Assembly: GCA_002633005.1 (NCBI GenBank)
Contig: NMRA01000246.1
Coordinates: forward strand, 172,025 to 236,024
Length of the DNA stretch: 64,000 nucleotides
Reading direction: 5' to 3'
Origin: Phoronis australis
Lineage: Eukaryota > Animalia > Phoronida
Positions 13,176-24,235 of the stretch are shown here, one piece after another; position 1 is the first letter of the stretch; each line of letters starts with the position of its first letter. The notes under the pieces were generated by a model. The model was given only the letters and a program-made list of their open reading frames with translations. It made no database searches and was not told the origin of the DNA. Made by a program: the position numbers and the translations under genes.

Positions 13176-15179
13176 GTTTTAGATGATTGACCTGTGAGTC
13201 GTGATACCGCACAAAAGAACGGCGTAGGTATTAGATTTTGAAATCGCTGTCGTCTGAAGTTGAAACCAAATGGGAAGTTTTTGTATTGGCCAGAACTGCT
13301 TGTCGTGGGACAAGTTTGGCGGTGTTCATTGCAATTGCACCGTTCAAGTGTAGTCGCAGGGAAATCACCAGTTTCACATTACAGTATGACTGCCTGACCA
13401 TTCACGCTGTGTTTTCAAGTAGTTTTCAAAAATGAATAGAAGAGGCTTTGTCAAAAATTGTATTTTTCGATAACTGATGGGGTTGAACTAACCTCATATT
13501 TGTAAGTATTTTTGTTTTGCTATTCCACATTTGTGTGTGATTTTGCTGTGTACTGTAGGTATCTCTGTCCAATCTCGGGTTTATCACAATTGTTAATGTC
13601 TTCATGATATCATTAAAAACTTCTAACCGTTATCTGTCTGGCCCTTCCTAACAACACAGTCTTCCTACAGATACATCTTCTTGTAATTTTACAGTCACTT
13701 AAAGTCACACATGCGCGCAAACAGGCGGGGGGGAGGGCTCGGGGTGGCTCGAACGACTACCTTCTTCCTCGAATGTTTGTTATCGAATATTACATGAACG
13801 GTCACAAAAAATCCATTCTGCTCATCCGCAAAATATTGTTTTTGTCACCAAATTAACCAGAAATTTAATTTAAAATGCAACTCTTTTGATATAGATCATT
13901 TGATGTTACGAAATTCGTCTCAAAATGTTCCTTAGTCTAACTGTAGGTAGCGCTTTGAAAGAAATGACTAATTGTTAAAAAAATATTGTGCTACAAATTT
14001 GGTTTGCCATAGAACGACGTCGTGTCGTTTTTGTCGACAGGCATAGTCTCAATGAATAACGAACTGCTAGCTTTTTCTGCAAACGCAGAAACCTCATCTC
14101 ATTTGAGTAAGGAATAAGTTGAGACCAGTTTTGTAGCGGCAAGTAGCTTAAATCAAAAGTTCACTTCCTGGGTTCATAACCAAGTTAAACATTAACAATT
14201 TACTTTTAACAAATTCATCTACCTTTGCATAGTAATGATATATGAATCAAATTTGATCTCCTCTTGTCTTCATTTTTCGTTAATTTAGGTAAACATTGGA
14301 TGTAATTTCAAGTGCGCAACAAGGCTATTCGGAACAATGTTACAAGAAGTGAGGCAGTGATAACTCAATCGCGACATGCCTAAACGTGTAAACTATTTTA
14401 TGAAAAATAAATCAAGATAAGTACTTTTTAAAATACTAACCCTGTTCCGCCATTGGATGCAATGTCAATGATTTGCACCATTTACAACAGGTGCTGCGGC
14501 AATATATTGTTCGTGCTCATGCAGTATTTTTTACAGTGTTTTATTACTCGTCGATTCCATGTGTTCTTTTCAAGTTTAGTCTTTCGTTGGTTTAGTTAAG
14601 TAAAACAACTTACGTCTGATATAGTTTCACAGAGTTTTCATCTGCGTCAGTTAAACAAAAACATTTTCGTGCTAAATTCGGGATGTGTTTTAGTTGGTCC
14701 AAGCTCATGTTTTCTTGATGTTGTGCAATGCCATTAGAAAAAGTATAATGAACGATGTGTTTTATTTAAGTGTACCTAATATCCACATTACCATTAGCTT
14801 CATCCTGTGCTTTGCCATGCAGTACAAGACTTTATTACGTACGATGTGTTTTAGTTATATATTCATGTTCATAATATCGTGGTGCTATGAATTGTAGAGA
14901 TTTTATTCCATAAAGTTGACCTCTAATATCTTCCAAAAATAATAGGAGGTTATATTTGACACAAAAGCCAGTTTCTGATGTTGAGTGTTCATAGTTGAGC
15001 AGTGAGAACTGCTAGTCAGCTCTGGGTTTTTGTTGCAATGGGATCGGAAGTTTTGATGTGTCCTCTTCAAGCTAAGATTGAATTTTGTCCCATGTTGTGC
15101 TAGAAATGTCAGTTACCAGTTACATCTTGATTTAAATGAATTTCTGTTTTACACTTTAGGATTTTTGTATTAGCTAATG

Positions 15180-15300
15180 TTGTGGTCATCAATATCAAAG
15201 CTAGGGGACCGGAGTCCACCCTGGGCGAAATTGGGGAGCATAAAAGATGACCGTGTGGGGAGAAATAATCCTAGCCACTGATGGTCATGAATAACATTAA
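15180..15300 (-). mobile_element. Short LINE ORF2 remnant (Tx1-like LPxxxGGLxxP motif)
   Basis: Minus-strand MLPNFAQGGLRSPSF. Confidence 0.4.
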
Positions 15301-15524
15301 AATCTTCTGTCACTTTTGACTGGCATTTTTGTTTTATGTTCAGTTTGAGACTGGCTTGGTACACCTTTAGTCAGAGCATACTTTTTACACGATTGATTCT
15401 AAAGGTAATGAAAGTACACTAAGATTTTTTTAAACGAGTGATAATTTTGGAAACTGCTCATCTTAGACATGAGTACTGAGCAAAATTAAGGACAAGCGTA
15501 TAAGGATGTTTTAGAGTTTATATA

Positions 15525-15990
15525 GTCCAGAAGATCGTTAATGTAGAGTAAGAGGAGAGGACCTATTACACTACCCCGAGGTACTCCAGCATTGAAGTAC
15601 CAGCCGGGCGAAGACAAGGGTGACAGGAGACCATCGATCCGCATTTTGTAAGTGCGACAAGCAAGATATGACTAGAAGTTTGAAGACAATGCCTAAGAAA
15701 CCATAAGATTGTAATTTGAGTAGCAGCAGATCATGGGGTCTGGGGAACGACATCAAATGCTGACACCAGGTCTAGAAATCCAGATCTTACGTTAAAACCT
15801 TGCTCAAACTGCAAGGGAATTTCATGTACAATTTTAATAATAGTTGCGACACAGTGCGGTTTTCAGGCATAAATCCGAACTGTCAATGGTAGATTAGGTC
15901 CTGAGAGATAGGGTGCTCAAACATGTGGCCTGTTAATTTTTCTCCAATTTTTTCACTCTACAGAGTGGAGAAATGTTATAGGGCGTTTAT
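15525..15990 (-). mobile_element. Decayed CR1/L2-type LINE reverse-transcriptase fragment
   Basis: Minus-strand motifs in the expected order: RPITFL, QFGFMPENRTVSQLL, FLDLVSAFDVVP, HDLLLLKLQSYGF, AGVPRGSVIGPLLLLYINDL; frameshifted. Confidence 0.85.
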
Positions 15991-16711
15991 TGGCATCGTC
16001 AGCTTCCAAGACAGAACATGCTTCTGATTGCAATATTTTGTTGTATAATACTGTCAGAAGAACTGTGACTTCTTTTGAAATTATTTTGTTCATTTTATTA
16101 GTTATAAGGTCGGTTCTGTCGTTTTTGTGTTCATCTGTGTTTTCTAATTGCTTCTTGACCTCAGAGAGTTAGGCTTGTATATGGACGAGGAGCTCAGATG
16201 TTCTACTTGGAAATTCAGGAAAGTTTCATGTTGGAACATTGTGACTTTGGATGTGCAGTATTGAAGAAATACGTTACTTTTCTCGTCAGTTGGTTTTAGT
16301 TCTTCAGTTAAGAACTTGAAACATGTGTCACTTTAAAAAGTGAAAGCTATAAACAGGGCTAAATGCAGCTATAAACTAAAGTTCGCTGAGAGCGACAAGT
16401 CAGTTTGTAGGCAATAGCGTACTGATTTTATTTCTCTAAGCCACGAATTTTATATAAAAGCGAAAATTGCCCTTAACTTCATGATACAGGATACATTTAA
16501 CAATTCTTGACAACAATAGGACAATCAGAAAAACGAATTTTTGCTATGTAATGGTACTGGTCATTTGTCTATGGCAACTGTTCTGTGAATGACCACTACG
16601 TCATCATGTGCACTACACTTAGAGTTAAGCTAAACGTGTAGATGACATGAGGGGCTATTGAATTACTCATTCAACTGTGAGCCAAAACACACCTGAGCAA
16701 TTTGTTAGCAT

Positions 16712-16800
16712 TGTAATAATGATATTAATAATAGTAGTAATAATGATAATGATAATGATAAAAATAATGATCACAGTAATAGTAATAACAATGATAATCA
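16712..16800. repeat. Imperfect (ATA/ATG/GTA)n trinucleotide microsatellite; (ATAACA)-like tract at 16976-17016
   Basis: Directly visible; it generates the spurious Ile/Met-rich ORFs. Confidence 0.9.
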
Positions 16801-18642
16801 ATATACTTAGAAAACTTAGTCTATTATTGGGTTGTCTTTTTACTGTGCAGATTTCAAAAAGCAAAAATCGGTTAAGTTTACAGCAAGGTAATAAACGATC
16901 AAAAATGGCACTTTTGGCAATAAGCTGAAAACCAAAACAATTTAGCACAAACACCTCAACAATCTGTTTGGAAAAAATAATAACAATAAAAATAACAATG
17001 ATAACAATAACCAACATACATTATGAAATGCGATATAATAGATTTCACCGTCGAATTAAAATGTACATAAACCCTGCTGGCGCCTGACAACTGTCGGTGC
17101 CTGCATGCCATGCACTCATGTGTATCTACGACCCAGTGAATGTTCTTTTACCTAGATATTTTCTAATGGGAACTTACCGGGAATTTACGTATCTGTGCAC
17201 GTGTTTACCCGGCTTCCCCCAAGAAAAACAGAGCGTCCACCCAAAGGACAAAATGTCGCCAGGTGAAATTTGCCAAATAAGTTTTGTGCTTTAGGTTTTC
17301 AAACGTAATTATAAACTCGTTGCCATCATCGTTATAAGAACGCTATAGGTCCCATTTGTGCTTATTGAAAGACAACTAAAGCCGCTGATATGTCTAAATA
17401 TGACAATGAATGCACATGCAGCAATTTGAGACTATATTGGGGATTCTTTCAGACCACTTTTACACTCCCCGTTGCACTCCCAGATACAGACACCACACGC
17501 TTTCTCATGGCAGTGGCACGGAATACCCCCCATATGACGAATATACCATGTCGCATTATTGAATAACTTTTTTCAAATACACGTTTGAATGCAACATGCA
17601 ATTTTTTACCATATTCCTTTATTTTGTTCACCTCCTCCCAATAAAAACGACATTTCAGATGTGCAATGATACGCCATAAAATGTAACAATTTCGTAACTG
17701 TTACATTTTACTGCACTGCTACATTTTACGTTACTAGGCCTCTCCTAACATGTAACAAGTTGTTACATTTTATGTAATTGTTGCAATTTTCGTCGAATGC
17801 ACCTGCGAGAAATGCACCATTATTACATTTTATGAAAGCGACGTCATATTTCATGAGTTTGCATGGTATTTGTTACACGGGGGAAAACGGTTAACGGCTT
17901 CTTTATCGGATTGTTTAAATGAAATTCTATTATATTTGTCAGGTCATATTAATAGGTAGTGCTTTCAATTGTTTTTTAACACGAATAGTTTCTTGGTGTA
18001 GTCACAAAATGTACCAGATGAAAGGAGTTTCCAGGATCTGGTAGCAAATTTGTTATTGTTAAAGCGTTCTTGTAGTCGTTTGTTGGTGCAGTCCTACAGT
18101 TTTTCATTACCCTCCCATATAAACACCCACCCGTTTAAGTAAACCCGCCTTGGACGCAGACACAAAAATCCCCGGTACGTGGCCCATTTCTGACTAAAAG
18201 GTACTCCGCAGTCCAAACCAAAGAAATTCTTACATGTAACTTAAGCATTTATATGACACCTATGCCCCAGACCTGAAAATTAGGATGTGAGCTAGACAAA
18301 AAGACATCATGGTTCACGTATTGTCGACATCGTACTTTTAACTTTTTACAAAATGCGTACGTTGAATCAGTGGCATCGACCACATAAGTAACCTCACTTA
18401 TTAACTTGCAGCAGACTAGTTGAGAGAAGCGGTACTAGTTAGTGTTCTTTTGAATTTCAGTGTATCAAGCTGATATGATTTGCATGCAGATAATTTTCCT
18501 TCCAATGGCTTGTACTTGCATACATGTATGTGTAAATCAGTTCAAGCTAGAATCTAGGGCATTTATTTATAGCTACTTCACATCTGTTTTATGCAAGTAT
18601 AGAGAAAAATAGTGTCATTGTAAATTGTTCGCGACTCCTTTT

Positions 18643-20520
18643 TCATGAGACGCTCGTGTCGTTTCGGTTGCTATCAGCGGTGAGTGCAATTACAGCGTCA
18701 TTAACGGTCACGTGGATAGAAGAATTGTCGCTAAATTTGGTGAAGAAGTCGTTTCGTCCAAGAGCATCCAACACGCCGTTACCACACCCCGCAAGAACAA
18801 ATTCAACGCCCATCTTTGCGTATTTCTGCTTCATAAGTGTAATAACAGAGACGCCGGCACTGTCAATGAAATGGACAGAAGAACAGCTCAAAATAATAGC
18901 GCGGATGGGATCGTCTGCATTGCAGCTGACTTCCGACTTCGAACCATTTCCGGTGTCCCCACTCTGAATGGCCACATTTTGAGTGCCGTCTCTCGACGTT
19001 TTATCATCCGAGGAAGCACTCTCGTAAACAGTTTCGCTTGCAATACAGGGACAATCAGGATTAAGGATCTTGTTATAAATTTTGTTTTTTAAGAACTCGG
19101 CATTTGAAAAACAAATAGGAGCTTCTGTGTGGTAAATTCGAATTCCAGGAATGCTTGATGATTTCTCAAAATGTTGCTCACGGACGTAAATATCCGATTC
19201 ACCGACGCGCTCAAGAAGGTATCCAGAACTCAGTTGCGTACGCAACACAACAGTAAGTAAAGAAACACCTACGCCAACAACAAGACCGAGAGTTATATCC
19301 AGAAAGACGACAGAAATCCACGTCAGTAACCAAATAAAGAAATCGTATTTGTCCTTCCTCCAATAAAGAGACAGTTGTTTTAATTGTAGGAACATTCCTT
19401 TTAAGCTTACGATGATCAACACAGCCAGCACAGCCTTGGGCAAGGAGAACAGCAAAGGACCCATAAACAACATCACCATGAGTACCAGGATGGATGAAAA
19501 TATGTTTGCCAACTGAGTCTTTCCACTGCTACACTCGAACAACATACACCTAGGTGGCGCTGTAGCACCAGCAAAACACTGGAAGAAACTGCTGAAGAAA
19601 TGGGCGATACCATAGCCAAGTATCTCTTGGTTGGTGTCGATGGTGTACTCATATCTTTTTGTGAACACCTTTGCCAATGATATCGAAATTACTAAGCTTA
19701 TTATCGCAGTAATAAGCGCATCGATGACATACTCCCCTGCTCTATCCATTGGAGGAATTGTTGGTGCAGGAAAACCCATGGGTATGTCCCCAACTACAGC
19801 GATTTCAAAGTGTCTTTTAAATTCGCAGAAATGGGACACAACAGTCGCCACGATCACAACGAGAATTTCGACAGGAATTGGAACGCGCATTTTGGTTTTG
19901 AACCTTTCATTTATACATTCTTTGAAAAAGATCAACACTATCGCGGTGATGATGCTTATTACTACGCTTGCCACATTCGTTTGGGTGATTCTGGAAAACA
20001 CAGCGACGTATTTATACACAATGTTAAGGGCACCGACATAACTGGGTATTTTAACACCAAAAATCGAAGGAACTTGGCTAGTTGCGATGTGGAACGCACC
20101 CGTGGTGAATCCGCCGACGAATGCGTCCGACAAATAAACTATAACAACTCCAAGACGAAGAATACCAATTCCAATTTGAAATGCCCCAACAAGAAGAGTA
20201 ACAGATGTAGCTACACCAACGGATAATTGAGTGATTTCCAAAGAATCGTCTGCTAGCGTGTGGTTTCCCGCGAAATTGCTCTTGAAGTGAGTAACTTCAC
20301 GCTCCACAGCAGCGCCAATGAGAATACTGATCAAAGCCATAGTACCAATTGTAATATGTCGGGATGTACCGAAGAACATGTACAAAAGAATAGGAAAGAA
20401 CGAAGAGTAGATACCGTACACAGGAGGCACGCCAGTTAAAAGCGCGAACGCCATTCCTTGCGGAATATGCAAGATGGCAACCGACAAGCCTGCAATGACG
20501 TCATTGAGCAGCCATTGCTT
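18643..20520 (-). CDS. SLC26-family (prestin/SLC26A5-6-like) anion transporter, N-terminus missing at assembly break
   Basis: 625 uninterrupted codons. Motifs: DVIAGLSVAILHIPQGMAFALL, YGIYSSFFP, FGTSRHITIG, GFTTG, DTNQEILGYG, GKTQLA. STAS domain: APICFSNAEFLK...IILSCSSVHFIDSAGV. AATAAA at 18567-18562 just downstream. The ORF-track start MHVCVCVC is an artefact of (CA)n plus N at 20522. Confidence 0.93.
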   Translation of the reverse strand, partial: KQWLLNDVIAGLSVAILHIPQGMAFALLTGVPPVYGIYSSFFPILLYMFFGTSRHITIGTMALISILIGAAVEREVTHFKSNFAGNHTLADDSLEITQLSVGVATSVTLLVGAFQIGIGILRLGVVIVYLSDAFVGGFTTGAFHIATSQVPSIFGVKIPSYVGALNIVYKYVAVFSRITQTNVASVVISIITAIVLIFFKECINERFKTKMRVPIPVEILVVIVATVVSHFCEFKRHFEIAVVGDIPMGFPAPTIPPMDRAGEYVIDALITAIISLVISISLAKVFTKRYEYTIDTNQEILGYGIAHFFSSFFQCFAGATAPPRCMLFECSSGKTQLANIFSSILVLMVMLFMGPLLFSLPKAVLAVLIIVSLKGMFLQLKQLSLYWRKDKYDFFIWLLTWISVVFLDITLGLVVGVGVSLLTVVLRTQLSSGYLLERVGESDIYVREQHFEKSSSIPGIRIYHTEAPICFSNAEFLKNKIYNKILNPDCPCIASETVYESASSDDKTSRDGTQNVAIQSGDTGNGSKSEVSCNADDPIRAIILSCSSVHFIDSAGVSVITLMKQKYAKMGVEFVLAGCGNGVLDALGRNDFFTKFSDNSSIHVTVNDAVIALTADSNRNDTSVS

Positions 20521-20522
20521 CN

Positions 20523-20542
20523 CACACACACACACACACACG
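20523..20542. repeat. (CA)n microsatellite at the contig junction
   Basis: cacacaca... immediately after the N at 20522. Confidence 0.9.
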
Positions 20543-21552
20543 TGCAAGCACGTGCGCTAGCACACGCATGCATGTTTGGTGTCAAAAGGCTACAAGAGAT
20601 TAAAATTTGCCAAATGACTACACATGGAAAGACTGTATTTGCCGCTAAACTCCAAACCTAATATAAATAGGAATGCAATTTTCTTGTTAAAAAGTATGAA
20701 ATTTCACTGTCGATATTGGCTACTTGTCTGGTTGCTGCATATTTAAATTAAAGTAAAATCGGTTTTCCTTATTGTTCGGGGTGACGGGAACTTAAAAGCA
20801 CTAAAATTGCCAAAATGCCACTAGAAGGCTCAGCGGTAGTTGGATCCGTACGAAAGTCGTTGTCATCTGTTGTCACATTCAAAAAATCGCTTGCCAGTTT
20901 CACAAAGATTTTGCAAGGGACTTTGTAGACACAGTCGTTTATGGCGGTCTTGTTATTCAATTGTTCCTGAATGAATCACACTTCTGATTTCGCGATAAAT
21001 CTAAAATAGCTGTGTCACGAGGCTCCAGATTGAGACAAGTACGGATTTTATGATCTTTTCTTCAGAATTAGCCTGCTTCTTTGTGACATGTTTTGACACC
21101 ATAAGAACTACTGAAACCAGAAGCAACTAGGTCATTAACGAGGTACATCCGCGGAAGCAAAAAACGTAACCAGGGGTGCGTCACAATAGTCGGACTCGTC
21201 CCAAAATCCTTCTTCTCGCCAGGAATACACGTACATCAGTCAAGTTTCAGAATGATCCTTAAGGCAGTTTAATGAATAGAGAGGCGGACGCCAGAAAAAA
21301 AAACGGACACGGAAATAATAAAACGGGCATTTGGAGGCGCAGATTACGTAATCCGTCCGAAAGTAAAAAGGTGTCGTCGTCTCCATAGCAGAATATTTTT
21401 TTGTCAAATTTCCTGAAATTTCATCCAGAAACTTGAAAGATACAGAGGCAGAAGTGAATAAATAAACTTGCCACGGAGGTTGTTGGATTTGTCCAAAACT
21501 CATCACCGTCTGTCGTCGGTTTCACAGGAGCACGTTCGGCAAATCTCATTAA

Positions 21553-22252
21553 GGTTATCAGGACCTTAATAAACGGCGTCAACTCTAAGTAAAAAAATAT
21601 CGAAAAATTATGCTTTGTCAACCATTAAAAGTATATACCTGTATTTACTGAAAGGAAAAAGATTGATGACTCTAAAATATGCTTCTTTCAATTGTGTCTT
21701 TATCATTGTCATGTGACCACGTTTTTTAAATCAAATTTTCATGTGCAGAAAAGGTACATTCATTGCAAAATAACCCCCGCCGATTTTACTAAAACTTTTT
21801 TTAAATGAACACTTTGCATTATGTCTTGAAAAACGCTGTTAGAATTGTTGAATTATTCAGTTAGTTCTCGTTTTATGCCAAACTAATTCGCAAACAAGGC
21901 AATTTTATAAAAAATAGTGCCTTATTCGTGTATCGTTCTGTACGCTAAAACTAAGCATTTTAAAGCAAAATCCTAACAGCTTTTACGAGACTTGACGTAA
22001 AGTTTTCATTTAAAAAAGTTTTAATAAAATCGACAAGGGGGGTTATTATTTACGAATGTGCCTTTCTTGCTCATGAAAATTAGACTTAAACGTGGTCACG
22101 TGACAATAGTAAAGACACAGTAGTAAGAAGCATGTTTTTAGAATCCTCGATCTTTTCCTTTCAGAAAATATGATAATTTTAATGGCTGGCAAAGCATAGT
22201 TTTTCGATATTTGACTTAGAGTTGAGGTCTTTTATAAAGATCTTAGATAACC
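21553..22252. mobile_element. ~700 bp fold-back non-autonomous DNA transposon with TTAA flanks (Kolobok-like)
   Basis: TTAA|GGTTATC...GATAACC|TTAA. Arms pair along nearly the whole length: aactctaagt/acttagagtt, ctgaaaggaaaa/ttttcctttcag, gtgaccacgttt/aaacgtggtcac. RR...YY termini with TTAA TSD fit Kolobok. Confidence 0.75.
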
Positions 22253-22979
22253 TTAAGATCCTGCATGGATTTTAGGAGATGCAACAGCAGACGCAAGACC
22301 GCCACCGGGAGGGCTAGACATAGGTGACAACATTATTGTATACCAACATAATGTGCAAAATTGGCCTCAACTTGTTACTAAATAAGACGAGAAGTGATTT
22401 CTGCGTTGACAAAAAAGATCCTCGGTGATTCAATAATCTGCTGTCTCTATAGCTGGCTCTCTATAAAATAACACTGTCACTGCTGATTCTGTAACTGCAA
22501 TCCACCCAGCTGTAACAATAACTTTGATTCAACTTCAACTTAAGTAACCCGTACCTGGATGATCATGCACTCTTACAATGGTTCTCCAACAAATCGCCAA
22601 TTCAAGCACATTTTACGCAATACTTCTGTAAACATATATTAGGCTCTACAATGTTCCTGACTGCGGTTCAGACTGCGATTTAATCACTTATAAGCTGGAA
22701 TATACTAGAATGCTCTGTACTACTCTATTAAATTACATCCCTAGTCTGACCTCATGGGTCATGTCAATCAAGTGCTATCTTCTCATAAACAACTAGAACA
22801 GTGAAATAAAGCCTATAGAACTAAAACCAATGCCAGTCTTCTCCTGACACATTCAATTTCTATAACGTTATTTTCATATTTTAAGGTCATCGGTTCGGGC
22901 AGATCAATACGAGTGTACTGAAAATGTTTTTCCTTCAAGCCATATTTTTCTAGGTATATAATTTAAAATCGCTATATTT

Positions 22980-23870
22980 CAAGGCCCCTATCCAAATACA
23001 CTCAGTTGTTTCCATATTGGGTTCTAAACCAGAAAGCGTAAAGAATTGGTCTACGAAACTAAGGGTTTCTGTCAAACAATCAGTGGAACCATCAAGAGTT
23101 GACATTGTGTCGTCAGCAAATTGCCATATTTCTATCCGTTCCCAGCACCAATACCAACGATTTCCCTATTCGAACGCACTATTATCACCATTAATCTCTG
23201 AAGAGAGTTTGGATTACCCTGTCGGCAAAACCGACCAATTTAATTGTTGAACAACATTATCATCAATAACTAAAACATTCAAATTATCATCTTTACCTTC
23301 GTACAGCAAATTATAAATACTGTTCATTTCCAATAACAATTGAGCCAAGTCTGTAATTGTTTCTCCTTTCTATCAATCAATTTGGATAAAGTGTTGTTAA
23401 TAATTTTTTGAAGATAAAAATTTCGATGGTTTCTCATCAGGCTCAATACATCGTGCTCGAGTTCTAAGCATTGATCTTTTCATAACATATTCACATACGG
23501 TATATTGCATTATTCTTTTGAACAATGTTCAGGAATTTCTTCAAAACGGGTGACTGTTTCAAATAGCATGCTAATTTACATTTCTAAACTGTTCATGCAG
23601 CTATGGGTCTCTCTTTTTTGGTTTTACTGAACTAAATAATTAAAGTTATTGCGAATATTGAGCAGGAGCATATAAAAAAACAAAGAATCGTCTATGCTTA
23701 ATTTCAATTCGTTATCTGGATTCAAAGAAATTGCATCTATGCCATAAAGCACGGCAGCATATCCTAATTTGGTTTCCTTGTAATCATTTTCAGCTGACCT
23801 CACATGATGGGTATCTCTAAGTAGAGAGTTGTTAAATCGTCAAAGGTTCGGACCTCTAGAAAAGTGTATA
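22980..23870 (-). mobile_element. Decayed, internally deleted L1/Tx1 LINE ORF2
   Basis: Minus strand reads RGPNL*RFNNSLLRD (~23820-23860), MLRTRARCIEPDEKPSKF (~23420-23472) and QFADDTMSTLDGS...SGLEPNMETTECIWIG (FADD 23109-23120). Most of the RT core between them is absent. Confidence 0.85.
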
Positions 23871-24049
23871 AGTTAACTCTTAACCCAAGTGCAACGGAGA
23901 AATTGTCGAAACAGGAACTACCCAAATCGCAATATTCCGATTCGGACCGGATACTGATACGGGCCTGGACAGGCGCACTTCAACGACCCGCTTTTCTCTT
24001 GTTTATTTCTGTGGCAAACGTAACCCAGTCTCTCAACAACTTCTAACAT

Positions 24050-24235
24050 CGTCCGTGGTGTGAGCTGGTCTGACGGGAGTAAACTACCTCGCAGAGAATT
24101 ATAGTCAACTAGGTTGAGCTGTCTCAAACAAGCAATGTGAACTCAATGTTTACATTATTTTCATATTGCACGAATCTCCCCTACTTCATTATTAACATTA
24201 AACAATTTTTCAGCGAATCATTTGTCGTGTCAAAT
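24050..24235 (+). repeat. Diverged copy of a dispersed repeat also at ~36165-36350 and ~40055-40240; a further piece at ~25176-25280 matches ~40277-40408
   Basis: Shared strings cgtggtgtga..., gttgagctgtctcaaaca, atttgtcgtgtcaa and taaaagccgcg(g/c)acgacgccgggaa. Confidence 0.7.

Noticed and set aside
13699-16336. Possible 2.6-kb Kolobok element (TTAA|AGTCACACATG ... CATGTGTCACT|TTAA)
   Set aside because: The inverted match is only 11 bp with one mismatch plus TTAA, and a similar end occurs at 9261-9273. Pairing of these two ends cannot be established.
16667-17017. ORFs resembling membrane proteins (Ile/Met-rich, both strands)
   Set aside because: Produced by trinucleotide microsatellites.
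18656-20226. Four plus-strand ORFs of 103-138 aa
   Set aside because: Antisense shadows of the SLC26 exon.
20521-20547. ORF-track N-terminus MHVCVCVCX for SLC26
   Set aside because: Read-through of an N and a (CA)n tract; not genuine.
20769-21540. Coding-looking, CpG-containing stretch upstream of SLC26
   Set aside because: Frames checked are interrupted by stops and show no SLC26 N-terminal or transposase motif; probably decayed repeat.
23421-23441. Hammerhead-like CTGATGA...GAAA on the minus strand
   Set aside because: Stem II has a single pair, and the sequence is simply the PDEKPSK codons of the Tx1 remnant.
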